A stretch of DNA of 59,684 bases from a bacterium (lineage in GTDB: Bacteria; Hinthialibacterota; Hinthialibacteria; Hinthialibacterales; Hinthialibacteraceae), in contig JBHGBC010000016.1 of NCBI GenBank assembly GCA_041946805.1, forward strand, positions 1 to 59,684, in the 5' to 3' direction. Shown one piece after another: positions 20,323-29,660 of this stretch. Below the pieces are notes generated by a model. That model did no database searches and had not been told where the DNA came from. It saw only the letters and a list, made by a program, of their open reading frames with translations. The position numbers and the translations under genes are program-made. Each line of letters starts with the position of its first letter. Within the stretch, counting starts at the first letter, position 1.

Positions 20323-20955
20323 TCACCCTCCCATCTTCCGCCGGGCGTTTTCGGCGGCCTTGTAGATTTGCGCGTAGGTTCCGCAGCGGCAAACATGCCC
20401 CGCGATTCCTTCCTTCACTTCGTCCAGGCCGGCGGCCGGATTGGCGTCCAGCACCGCCGCCATGGACATCACGAAGCCCGGCGTGCAGAACCCGCATTGC
20501 ATGGCGTCCTCTTCCATGAAGGCCAGCTGCACGGGATGCAACGCGCCCGCCGGGGCCAAGCCCTCGATGGTGACAATCTCCCGGCCCTGCGCCTCGACCG
20601 CCAGGGTCATGCAGGCATAGACGGTGCGGCCGTCCAGGTACACGGTGCACCCCCCGCACGCTCCCCGGTCGCAGGTCAGTTTGGGACCGGTGATGTCCAG
20701 GCGGTGGCGCAGCACCTCGAGCAGGGTCTCGCGCGGTTCCGCCGAAACGTTGTAGGTTTTTCCGTTGACCGTCAATGTCATTGGGACGGCGTCCGGTCCC
20801 AGCGCCGGATCGTTTTCCGCCGCCGGGGCGGATTGTTCCCCGATGACCGCCAGGCCGCCGGACAGCGAGGCCGCCGCCACGCTGGTCCCGAATCCTTTCA
20901 TGAACCATCGACGGGATACCCGGTTCTTCGAATCTTCCTCAGGTGATTTCGGCAT
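20323..20955 (-). CDS. (2Fe-2S)-binding subunit with Tat signal (PaoA/YagT-like)
   Basis: VSRRWFMKG Tat motif; CDRGACGGC; QCGFCTPG; CRC. AAGGAG RBS before ATG 20955. Confidence 0.92.
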   Translation of the reverse strand: MPKSPEEDSKNRVSRRWFMKGFGTSVAAASLSGGLAVIGEQSAPAAENDPALGPDAVPMTLTVNGKTYNVSAEPRETLLEVLRHRLDITGPKLTCDRGACGGCTVYLDGRTVYACMTLAVEAQGREIVTIEGLAPAGALHPVQLAFMEEDAMQCGFCTPGFVMSMAAVLDANPAAGLDEVKEGIAGHVCRCGTYAQIYKAAENARRKMGG

Positions 20956-21388
20956 GATGCGCTCCTTCGAATTCATAAAAATTGGCAAGTCGTAGGTACC
21001 GCAGTTTCCGGCTTTTCACAATCAAGGACATACAGACCGGTATGCCTTCACCCCAGGAAAGCCTTCCATTCATCGGATTCGGCCGGATTCCACATCCCCG
21101 AGGATAGATCGATGCCCTCTAGTCCTCTCCCCTTGAAACCTGGGTGAGGGATAATCCAGGATGGAATGGATTTCTCCCCTCTCCCTATCGAATGGGAGAG
21201 AGAATGGAACCACAAACTCTCGGCGCTTACAATATCAAATCTTCCTGAGGATTTCCACAACATTCGGAAAACTGTTTTTACTCCCAGGGAATCAGGAACT
21301 CCACGCCACATGCTTTTCCTGCCGTTTTTTGCTATAAAGAAAATAATCCGGTGCGTGCCGCCGAATATTGATAGTTCATAAGGAGGAC

Positions 21389-22555
21389 ATGATGAAATTG
21401 CTGAAACGCAAATGGGTATCATGGAGTATCGCCGTGGCATTGATCGTGGGGATTACCGCCCCGGGTTTTAGCCAGGATCGGGCCCGGGAACTGCTTCGCA
21501 TTCCGGATGTCCTGGGTTACAAAGCGCTGAAATGCGATTTTCACATTCACACCGTGTTTTCAGATGGAAACGTGTGGCCCTCGGTCCGCCCGCTGGAAGC
21601 CTGGATGAACGGCCTGGACGCCATGGCCATCACCGACCATGTCGAGTACCTGCCCCACAAGGACGATTTGAAGATCGATTTCAACCGCTCGTATGAAATC
21701 GCCAAATCCCAGGCGGACGAGTTGCGCGTGACGCTGATCCGGGGTTCGGAAATCACCCGCGACATGCCTCCCGGCCACATCAACGCCATTTTTCTCACCG
21801 ACAATAACGCCCTCGACACGAAAGAATGGCGCGACGCCGTGAAAGCGGCCTATGACCAGGGCGCCTTTCTGTTTTGGAACCACCCGGGGTGGAGCGGCCA
21901 GCAGCCCGACGGTCTCGCCAAGTGGTATGACGAGCATACCGAGCTGGTGGACAAAGGCTGGATCAAGGGCATCGAAGTGGTCAACAGCGTGGAGTATTAC
22001 CCGGAAGTCCAGCAATGGTGCCTCGACAAGAAGCTGACCATGCTCGGCGATTCGGACGTCCACGACCCGATCCAGATGGATTACGACCCGGTCCGCGGCG
22101 AGCACCGCCCGATGACGATCGTTTTCGCCAAGGAAAACACCGCCGCCGCGATACACGAGGCGCTCCTCGACCGCCGCACGGTGGTTTATTTCAGAAACTG
22201 GCTGATCGGGGAAGAACGGTTCCTGTCCCCCATCTTTGCTGAATCGGTCGAACTGGACCGGACCCATTTGACCCTGCGGGGCAAGGGTGACAGTTCGATC
22301 CAGATTTCGAATCATTCCGGCCTGGAATACGAACTGGCGCTGGACGGTTCGGTTCCCGGCCTGTCGTTGCCGAAATCGCTGGTGCTGCCCGCGGGTAAGG
22401 CGGTGATGTTAAATGTCGAAAGCACCACCGAAACCGTAAACGATACCCGGACGGTGGAACTGCCCTACCGCGTGACCAACCTCAAGGTCCGCCCCAACGA
22501 GGGGTTGCCGGTTCGTTTCAAGGTGGAAATCACCTTCGTGGCGAAGAAGTCCTGA
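21389..22555 (+). CDS. Secreted PHP-domain phosphoesterase
   Basis: Signal peptide; CDFHIHT, AITDH, GHIN, WNHP and DSDVH PHP motifs; AGGAGG RBS. Confidence 0.88.
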   Translation: MMKLLKRKWVSWSIAVALIVGITAPGFSQDRARELLRIPDVLGYKALKCDFHIHTVFSDGNVWPSVRPLEAWMNGLDAMAITDHVEYLPHKDDLKIDFNRSYEIAKSQADELRVTLIRGSEITRDMPPGHINAIFLTDNNALDTKEWRDAVKAAYDQGAFLFWNHPGWSGQQPDGLAKWYDEHTELVDKGWIKGIEVVNSVEYYPEVQQWCLDKKLTMLGDSDVHDPIQMDYDPVRGEHRPMTIVFAKENTAAAIHEALLDRRTVVYFRNWLIGEERFLSPIFAESVELDRTHLTLRGKGDSSIQISNHSGLEYELALDGSVPGLSLPKSLVLPAGKAVMLNVESTTETVNDTRTVELPYRVTNLKVRPNEGLPVRFKVEITFVAKKS

Positions 22556-22996
22556 ATCCGTGTTTGCATCGCCGATCTCCGGCCACGATGAGGGGAGGGC
22601 GAGACTCCCGCGGAACCGGGATGATGAGTTTCATCCGATGAAGGGTTCACCAGGAGGTTCGCCCTCCCAAATGAATCACGTCCCCGCGAATGTCGCGGAG
22701 GAATGTTGCGCCGTGCCGCTGCCTCTTTGGGCGGATGTCTGGCGGTGGCTAGGGCGTGGAATCGGTTGGATCAAACGAAATGGGGACTGTACCTATTTTA
22801 CCTGCGCGCAAACCTTTCACAGTGCTTTATTCGTGGTATGAGTTTGGACGGATTCTCTAAACAATTCTCTCTCTCCCTCCGGGAGAAGATTGGCAGGAGA
22901 GGAAAATTTGTGTCACTTAAAATGAGGAGGCAGAAACGCATGTTTCTGCCTCCCACCGGATTCAGGCCTGGTCGATGAACCGGGGCCGGCCGAGTC

Positions 22997-23566
22997 TCAG
23001 CTGCCGACCATCACGATGTCACCGTAACTGGTGAGGCCGTTCGAGGGTTGATAAATGTCGAACAAGTCCTTGGGCGCGTGGATCAGGTCCGGTCCCATGC
23101 TCCAGATGTAATAGACGGTCCCCACATGGCCCTGCGGGATTGTCATCGTCCGGCCTTGCAGCGCCTGGCTGTACAGGCTTGCGTCCTGAATCAAGCGCAT
23201 AGGCGAAACCACCGGGAAATAATCCGCATGATAGGAACCCCAACTCCATTGCATGGTCCCCACCAAGCTGTTGTGTTCCGGCTGGAAAGGATCCTTGGGG
23301 GGCGCGGAAATGTAGGCCACCGGGGTGGTCATGGGTTTGTTTTGCCACACCGGATGCCCGGGATTGTCAAAGTGGGGCGGAAAGATGTTGTTGTCCATCT
23401 TGTACATCGCATAGACTTTGATCCAGGTGTTCATTTCCGAATTGCATTTGGCGATCTTGGCGCGGATCTGGGCGTTCAAAAAGTTGGGTACCGCGATGGC
23501 CGCCAAAATCCCGATGATCGCGACTACGATCAGCAATTCAATCAAGGTAAAGCCCTTCCTGTTCAT
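22997..23566 (-). CDS. Prepilin-type N-terminal cleavage/methylation domain protein (pilin-like) #2
   Basis: MNRKG|FTLIELLIVVAIIGILAAIAVPNF; MTTPVAY; SMGPD; YQPSNGLTSYGDI. Confidence 0.92.
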   Translation of the reverse strand: MNRKGFTLIELLIVVAIIGILAAIAVPNFLNAQIRAKIAKCNSEMNTWIKVYAMYKMDNNIFPPHFDNPGHPVWQNKPMTTPVAYISAPPKDPFQPEHNSLVGTMQWSWGSYHADYFPVVSPMRLIQDASLYSQALQGRTMTIPQGHVGTVYYIWSMGPDLIHAPKDLFDIYQPSNGLTSYGDIVMVGS

Positions 23567-23613
23567 TCCTGTCCTCCCCAGGTACGAAGGATGATGCTTC
23601 TGATGATGGAATA

Positions 23614-23642
23614 ATCCTATCTCATTTTCATGAGACCTTCAA
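23614..23642 (-). promoter_or_regulatory. Putative sigma70 promoter for pilin #2 with a palindrome in the spacer
   Basis: Minus strand reads TTGAAG-N17-TAGGAT. The spacer holds a perfect TCTCAT-N4-ATGAGA (23620-23635). Confidence 0.5.
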
Positions 23643-23811
23643 GCAGTTATGCGAATGTTTTCGGGATATTGTCGGGGATATCCGGCCGACAGGCCGGGGG
23701 GTGTTTTTCGATGAGACGCCATGACCAAAGAGTGATCAAAAGACCGCTCTCCATTGGACTTACAATAAACGCCGACTTTCGTCCCACCGGCGCGCGAGGG
23801 TAAACACCGCC

Positions 23812-23968
23812 TCAGCCGTCTCCCCCGAGGATCTGGCTGTTCAGCACGAAAATGTTACCGGTCGAAACCAGGCCGTTCGAAGGCTGGTAAATGAACCCCG
23901 CGTTCCGGTTAGGCGGGCCTGGCGCCGTCCGTGAACCAGGGATAGTCCTGATCCTCATCGGGTCCCCG
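23812..23968 (-). pseudogene. 3' fragment of a pilin-like gene (frameshifted, no N-terminal methylation domain)
   Basis: RGPDEDQDYPWF in one frame, then FIYQPSNGLVSTGNIFVLNSQILGGDG* in another. This matches the GPD and Y-x-PSNG-x-x-S-x-G-x-I C-terminal motifs of the three intact pilins. Confidence 0.7.
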
Positions 23969-24090
23969 GTTCTATTGAGATTTTTCAAGTTGATATAAAA
24001 CAAGTAGATATTACTGCAATTCCGGTTGCCTGACTGGCCGATGGGACACCCGTTCAGAACAACCCTCGCCCCGGCCCTCTCCCAGAGGGA

Positions 24091-24197
24091 GGGAATGATA
24101 ACTTTTATCGTTCTTTTCCCGCCGAAATTGTGGCGGAAGCGGGCGGCGCAACCTACAAGTGGGAGAGGGAATGATTACATTTATCGTTCTTTTCCCG
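24091..24197. repeat. 31-bp direct repeat (29/31 identical), two copies 45 bp apart
   Basis: GGGAATGATAACTTTTATCGTTCTTTTCCCG (24091-24121) and GGGAATGATTACATTTATCGTTCTTTTCCCG (24167-24197). Confidence 0.8.
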
Positions 24198-24396
24198 GGC
24201 TTTGCCCCGGGTTGGCTTCAGGCGCGCGGTTGACGTTTGCATCACAATCCGGAATGCGGATGCGGCATGAATTGCGATAACTCAACAGAACCTAGAAACG
24301 GAGTAGATGGATATTCACTCCAAGGGATTGAACTTTCGAAAGGGGAGAAATAACTCTCCGAAAGGGGACAAGGGATCAAAAAAGCGCCAGCAGGGA

Positions 24397-24768
24397 TTAT
24401 TTCTTCCGCGCCGCCTTCTTGCCGCCGGCGTCGGGATGGTCGTGAGATTCGTCCGGATTGGCGCCCCCCCGGGCGTCCGGCCCGGCCGTGGTCATCTCGG
24501 GTTTGTGGATGATGATGCCTTCCAATTCCTCATGGGGATTGGGAATCACATGGACGGAAACCACTTCTCCGACCCTCCGGGCGGCGGCCGAACCCGCGTC
24601 CACGGCGGCTTTCACGTCCGCCACTTCGCCCCGCAGCTTCACGGTCACCAGTCCGGGATCCGTGTATTCGATCTGGGCCAGCACCGTGTCGGCGGCTTTG
24701 ACGGCCGCGTCTGACGCCTCGATCGCGCCGACCAAACCCTTGGTTTCTATCAAACCGAGTGCCCTCAT
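24397..24768 (-). CDS. Bacterial microcompartment shell protein (BMC-H, EutM/CcmK-like) with C-terminal extension
   Basis: [24 protein letters not shown]...[19 protein letters not shown]...HVIPNPH. Confidence 0.93.
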   Translation of the reverse strand: MRALGLIETKGLVGAIEASDAAVKAADTVLAQIEYTDPGLVTVKLRGEVADVKAAVDAGSAAARRVGEVVSVHVIPNPHEELEGIIIHKPEMTTAGPDARGGANPDESHDHPDAGGKKAARKK

Positions 24769-24933
24769 GTCGCTGTCTCTCCTTCAATCGTACGCGCCAT
24801 TGTACGTGAATTGTCACCAAAACCGAAGTCACCGGCGGGAACTATCCGCTGAACGTTCCGCACCGAATGAGTTTATGATACGCTTCTTCTGGAACGATTT
24901 CCAATATCCTCTTCGTGTGAATGGATTCAACTC

Positions 24934-26241
24934 ATGAGACCGAGCCATGTCACCCCCAATCGCAGAACCTTCCTGAAGACCGCGGGCGCGGGACTCTCGA
25001 CTCTCCTCGCCGCGTCTTCGTACCGCGCCCTGGCCGGCGTCAGCCCCAACGACCGGATCGTGATGGGCTTCATCGGCCTGGGCGGCATGGGTACCGGACG
25101 GCTGAAGGAATTCATGCGTCATGACGACGTCGTGGTTGGAGGCCTTTGTGATGTCGATCAAAAACACCTCGCCAACGCCGCCGGAGAAGTCGAAAAAACG
25201 CGCGAAACCCAGCCCCCCTGCTTCGGCGATTTCCGTCGGCTGCTGGATTTGAAGGAACTCGACGCCGTCATGATCGCCACGCCCGACCACTGGCACGCCC
25301 TGACCACCATTACCGCCTGCGGGGCGGGCAAGGATGTGTTCGTCGAAAAGCCCTTGTGCCACAACATCGCCGAGGGCCGCGCCATGGTCAAGGCCGTCCT
25401 GGATAACCAGCGGATCACACAACTGGGCACGCACATCCACAACACCTCGGGCAATTACCGCCGGGTGGTGGAGATGGTCCGTTCCGGCAATCTGGGCAAG
25501 ATCACCCGCGTTCATTGCTGGAAAACTTCTTCCACTTCCAGCGGCCTGGGACGGCCAGCCGACTGCGATCCCCCCGCCGAGCTGGACTATAACTTCTGGT
25601 TGGGGCCCGCTCCCAAGCGGACTTACAATCCCAACCGTTCGCATTTTCATTTCCGCTACTTCTGGGATTATTCCGGCGGCGTGTTCATCGATTTCTGGTG
25701 CCATATTACGGATGTCGCCTACTGGGCGCTTGATCTCCCCGACCCGGTCAGCGTCATGGCCACCGGCGCGCGCCGTTTCCTAAATGACAACACCGAAACC
25801 CCCGATTGCCTCGAAGTTTTGTACGAATACCCCGCCTTCTCCATGGTTTGGACCTTGGATCCCAATCCCCCCGCTTTCGCTCACATGGGCGGCATCGGTT
25901 GCTTGTTCCAGGGAACCAAGGCCACTTTGGTCACCAACTACGACCGTCACGAAATCTGGGTGGATGGCAAGAAGCAGGACGATTTTCCCCGGCCGGATCC
26001 TTCCATTCCCGATTCCCCCGGCCATATCCGGGAGTTCCTGAACTCGATCAAATCCCGCGAAAAAACCACCTGCAACGTCGAATACGCCCACCGTCTGACC
26101 AAGGGCGGCCATCTGGGCAACATCGCGTTCCGGACCGGGCAGCGGATTTATTGGGATTCGGAGCAAGAGCAGATCAAGAACGATTCCACCGCCAACCGGC
26201 TGGTATCCCGCCATTACCGCCGCCCCTGGCGCCTGGCGTAA
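24934..26241 (+). CDS. Gfo/Idh/MocA family oxidoreductase, Tat-exported
   Basis: NRRTFLK Tat motif; GFIGLGGMG; ATPDHWH; FVEKP; RYFWDYSGG. Confidence 0.92.
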   Translation: MRPSHVTPNRRTFLKTAGAGLSTLLAASSYRALAGVSPNDRIVMGFIGLGGMGTGRLKEFMRHDDVVVGGLCDVDQKHLANAAGEVEKTRETQPPCFGDFRRLLDLKELDAVMIATPDHWHALTTITACGAGKDVFVEKPLCHNIAEGRAMVKAVLDNQRITQLGTHIHNTSGNYRRVVEMVRSGNLGKITRVHCWKTSSTSSGLGRPADCDPPAELDYNFWLGPAPKRTYNPNRSHFHFRYFWDYSGGVFIDFWCHITDVAYWALDLPDPVSVMATGARRFLNDNTETPDCLEVLYEYPAFSMVWTLDPNPPAFAHMGGIGCLFQGTKATLVTNYDRHEIWVDGKKQDDFPRPDPSIPDSPGHIREFLNSIKSREKTTCNVEYAHRLTKGGHLGNIAFRTGQRIYWDSEQEQIKNDSTANRLVSRHYRRPWRLA

Positions 26242-26385
26242 AGGGAGTCGTATTTCTCCTGGCGGATTGTTTTTGGGCGGGTATCATAAATATATAGGTC
26301 ACATATATACATTAAGGCCCGCCCATGGTTTCCCTTGTCATCGTTGCTCTCCCTTGCCGCGGGCCGGCACCCGGTTTTAACGTTC

Positions 26386-27177
26386 ATGTCTGCCAATTCT
26401 TTACCTAACGGACGCGTTTACCTGGTCGGCGCGGGACCGGGTGATCCCGGACTGCTCACCGTGCGCGGCCTGGAACTCCTGCGCCGGGCGGAGGTGGTCG
26501 TTTATGACCATCTCGTCTCCCGGGAAATCCTGGATCTCGCTCCGCCCCAGGCCCGAAGGGTTTACGTTGGTAAAATATCAGGAAAACATACCTGCCCGCA
26601 GGAGGAGATCAACACTCTCTTATTGGATGAAGCCCGCCAGGGATATCAGGTCGTCCGTCTAAAAGGAGGCGATCCCTTCATCTTCGGCCGCGGCGGCGAG
26701 GAGTGCCTCTTTTTGTATGATCATGGAATCCCATTCGAGGTCGTGCCCGGCGTTTCCGCCGTGTCCGCCGTTCCCGCCTACGCGGGAATTCCCCTCACCA
26801 GCCGGGATTACAGCACTGCCTTTGTCGCCGTCACCGGGCACGAGCACAATCAGAAAGAAAAACTCCAGGTGGACTGGGCTACCATCGCCCGGATGGACGC
26901 CACCCTCGTGGTTTTCATGGGCATTCTCTCCATCCGCTCGATCTGTGACGAACTCCGGCGGCATGGCCGTCCTCCGGAGACTCCCGCCGCCGTGATCCGC
27001 TGGGGCACCACCACGGAGCAGGAAACCATCACGGGTACGCTTTCCACCATCGCGGACCAGGTGGAGCAAAGCCGGTTGCGTCCGCCGGGATTGATCGTCA
27101 TCGGCGAAGTCGTGCGCCTGCGGGAAAAACTCAACTGGTTCGAGACGGCCCACAGGGCTGACCGGGATGGGGAGTGA
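26386..27177 (+). CDS. cobA: Uroporphyrinogen-III C-methyltransferase
   Basis: VYLVGAGPGDPGLLT; VVRLKGGDPFIFGRGGEE; VPGVSA; AGIPLT. Confidence 0.93.
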   Translation: MSANSLPNGRVYLVGAGPGDPGLLTVRGLELLRRAEVVVYDHLVSREILDLAPPQARRVYVGKISGKHTCPQEEINTLLLDEARQGYQVVRLKGGDPFIFGRGGEECLFLYDHGIPFEVVPGVSAVSAVPAYAGIPLTSRDYSTAFVAVTGHEHNQKEKLQVDWATIARMDATLVVFMGILSIRSICDELRRHGRPPETPAAVIRWGTTTEQETITGTLSTIADQVEQSRLRPPGLIVIGEVVRLREKLNWFETAHRADRDGE

Positions 27178-27527
27178 GGAGATTCAGGTTCGTCCACAAA
27201 GTCCGTATACAATGAACCATTCCACCTACTCCTGCTCATCCTGATCTTCGGGGGGAGAATCAAAACATCCCCGCAGGGGATCCACTTGAGTAGCCGTAGG
27301 TTTTAACCTACGGCGGCGGTAGTTTTCTCGACCGAGCCTGATCTTTTTTCTAGAAATATTCCTCTCGATCCTTGACTGATTTGATAATGTATATATCCTA
27401 TATAGAAGTTACGATCGTCACTGGTGTTAATTTCCGGTATCCCGCTTCCGCGTAACGTTCCACGCTTTCGCCAAAGCGTGTTTTTTCCGGATAAAATGAA
27501 CCGCGAATTTGTGCTCAGGAGGTCATT

Positions 27528-28757
27528 GTGCCGCATTTAGTCTCTCCCCATGGCTCACCCATACTCAAACCGCTTTTGTTGCATGGCCAAGAACGCGAAG
27601 CAGAAATCCAGCGGGCGCGGGCGCTGCCCCGGGTTGTCATTACCAGCCGCGAGACTTCGGACCTGATCATGCTGGGGATCGGCGCCTTCACTCCGCTGGA
27701 GGGATTCATGAACCGGGCGGATTGGCAGGGCGTCTGCGATGAGATGCGCCTCACCAACGGGATCTTCTGGCCCATCCCCATCACCCTGTCGGCTTCGGCG
27801 GAGGTGGCGGCGGGAATCCGGGAAGGAACGGACATCGCCTTGATCGACGAAGAGACCAACGAACTCATGGGCACGATGACCGTCCGGGAAAAATACCGGA
27901 TCGACAAGGCCCACGAATGCCGCCAGGTGTTCCGCACCGTGGATCCCGAGCACCCGGGCGTGCAAAAAGTCATGGAACAGGGCGAATGGAACCTGGCCGG
28001 CCCGGTGAAGGTGCTGAGCGAGAGCTACTACCCTGAGGATTTCGCGGGTGTGTACCAGCGCCCGGACGAAAGCCGCCGGATCTTCGAGGCCAAAGGCTGG
28101 CGCACGGTGGCCGCGCTGCAGTTACGCAATCCGATGCACCGCTCGCATGAGTATCTGGCCAAGATCGCCATCGAGGTTTGCGATGGGTTGTACATCCACC
28201 AGCTGGTCGGCAAGTTGAAGGCGGGGGACATTCCCGCCGAGGTCCGGGTGAAGTGCATCGACGCCCTGGTGGAAAATTATTTCGTGAAGGATACGGTGGT
28301 GTGCGGCGGGTATCCGCTGGAGATGCGCTACGCGGGGCCGCGGGAGGCATTGCTGCACGCCGTGTTCCGGCAGAACTACGGATGCAGCCATCTGATCGTC
28401 GGGCGCGATCACGCGGGCGTGGGGAACTACTATGGCCCCTTCGATGCCCAGAAGATCTTCCACGAGATCCCCGAGGGCGCGCTGCAACTGAAGTCCCTGC
28501 CCATCGACTGGACCTTCCATTGCTACAAGTGCGGCGGCATGGCCTCGGCCCGGACCTGCCCGCATGGCAAGGAAGACCGCTTGATCCTGAGCGGCACCAT
28601 GCTGCGCAAAACGCTGTCGGAAGGCGGCGATCCCCCGGTGGAATTCAGCCGGCCGGAAGTGCTGGCCATTTTGCGGGACTACTACCAGAACCTGGAAGAA
28701 AAGGTGGAAGTGAAGCTGCACAATGCGGCGCTGGGCGCGGGCGTGAAGTCGCGGTAA
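27528..28757 (+). CDS. sat: Sulfate adenylyltransferase (ATP sulfurylase)
   Basis: [37 protein letters not shown] start after AGGAGG. Confidence 0.95.
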   Translation: MPHLVSPHGSPILKPLLLHGQEREAEIQRARALPRVVITSRETSDLIMLGIGAFTPLEGFMNRADWQGVCDEMRLTNGIFWPIPITLSASAEVAAGIREGTDIALIDEETNELMGTMTVREKYRIDKAHECRQVFRTVDPEHPGVQKVMEQGEWNLAGPVKVLSESYYPEDFAGVYQRPDESRRIFEAKGWRTVAALQLRNPMHRSHEYLAKIAIEVCDGLYIHQLVGKLKAGDIPAEVRVKCIDALVENYFVKDTVVCGGYPLEMRYAGPREALLHAVFRQNYGCSHLIVGRDHAGVGNYYGPFDAQKIFHEIPEGALQLKSLPIDWTFHCYKCGGMASARTCPHGKEDRLILSGTMLRKTLSEGGDPPVEFSRPEVLAILRDYYQNLEEKVEVKLHNAALGAGVKSR

Positions 28758-29073
28758 AGCGGAGATCCAGGGCATTTTCCCGAATGAAATCCCTGATTGG
28801 TTCTACGTTCATCCATCGCGGGGGCACGTTGCCAATAGCCCCTCTTGAATAAAGGGGCAATGGAGTAGAGCGTGTTTGCAATGGGAAGGCGCAAAATGGC
28901 AAGTTTCCCCCCACTGTAAATCTCTTTTTAATTTTTACTACTATTCGCTGGATCTACTCTCTCCCTCTCCATGCTCCGGCTTGTCATTCGAAGCTTCGCT
29001 CATTCCACCCTCCAATATGGAGTAACCCTTAATCAAGGATATAATGCAGGCGCCATCTAATGTGGAGAATGAG

Positions 29074-29292
29074 ATGCTGAGCACCTACACCGCGAAATAC
29101 ATCAAAATACGGCGTGGCTACATGGGGCAATTGATCGAATGGCCCGAAGTGGTCACCGAAGGAAAATCATTGGACGAATGCCGTGCCCTGCTTCAGGATG
29201 CGTTACGGGAAATGGTGAAGGCCTACCAGCAGCAAGGGAAGGAAATCCCCCTCGGGGGAGCCCTGATCGAACAAATTCCCGTCGAGGTCTAG
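29074..29292 (+). CDS. hicB: HicB-family antitoxin (short, no DNA-binding tail)
   Basis: YTAKY...EWPEVVTEGKSLDECRALLQDALREM...GKEIP; adjacent to hicA. Confidence 0.85.
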   Translation: MLSTYTAKYIKIRRGYMGQLIEWPEVVTEGKSLDECRALLQDALREMVKAYQQQGKEIPLGGALIEQIPVEV

Positions 29293-29294
29293 TC

Positions 29295-29483
29295 ATGTCC
29301 GTCAAAAGGCATGACTTGCTCCACTCCTTGAAATCCAACGGCTATTACTTATTGCGGGAGGGAGGAAAGCATTCCATATACACGAATGATAGAAAGACCA
29401 TCCCCATTAAAAGACAGCGTGAATTGGATCGGATCACCGCGACTGAATTGTGTAAACAAGCCGGATTGAAGCCCATTTTTTGA
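29295..29483 (+). CDS. hicA: HicA-family toxin (mRNA interferase)
   Basis: 62 aa; MSVKRHDL...GYYLLREGGKHSIYTN...CKQAGL; starts 2 bp after hicB. Confidence 0.85.
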   Translation: MSVKRHDLLHSLKSNGYYLLREGGKHSIYTNDRKTIPIKRQRELDRITATELCKQAGLKPIF

Positions 29484-29660
29484 TCAATTTTCGGCCGCTT
29501 ATCCATTCGCCTGCTCTGCCCAACGTGTCAGACTCACTAACCTGCCGCTTGGTTCAATCTGTCCCCTACGTAAAAACGGGCGGCATCCGCGCAACTGGCC
29601 CGGCGGCCTGTTTCTTCCTATCATCTTGTATCGTTACGCATTCAAAGAGGAGAGATACTC

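Noticed and set aside
22997..23968. Diversity-generating retroelement (pilin fragment as template repeat)
   Set aside because: There is no reverse transcriptase in the window, similarity is limited to short motifs, and differences are not adenine-specific.
24091..24197. Possible mini-CRISPR (31-bp repeat, 45-bp spacer)
   Set aside because: Only two copies, the repeat overlaps a REP end, and there are no cas genes in the window.
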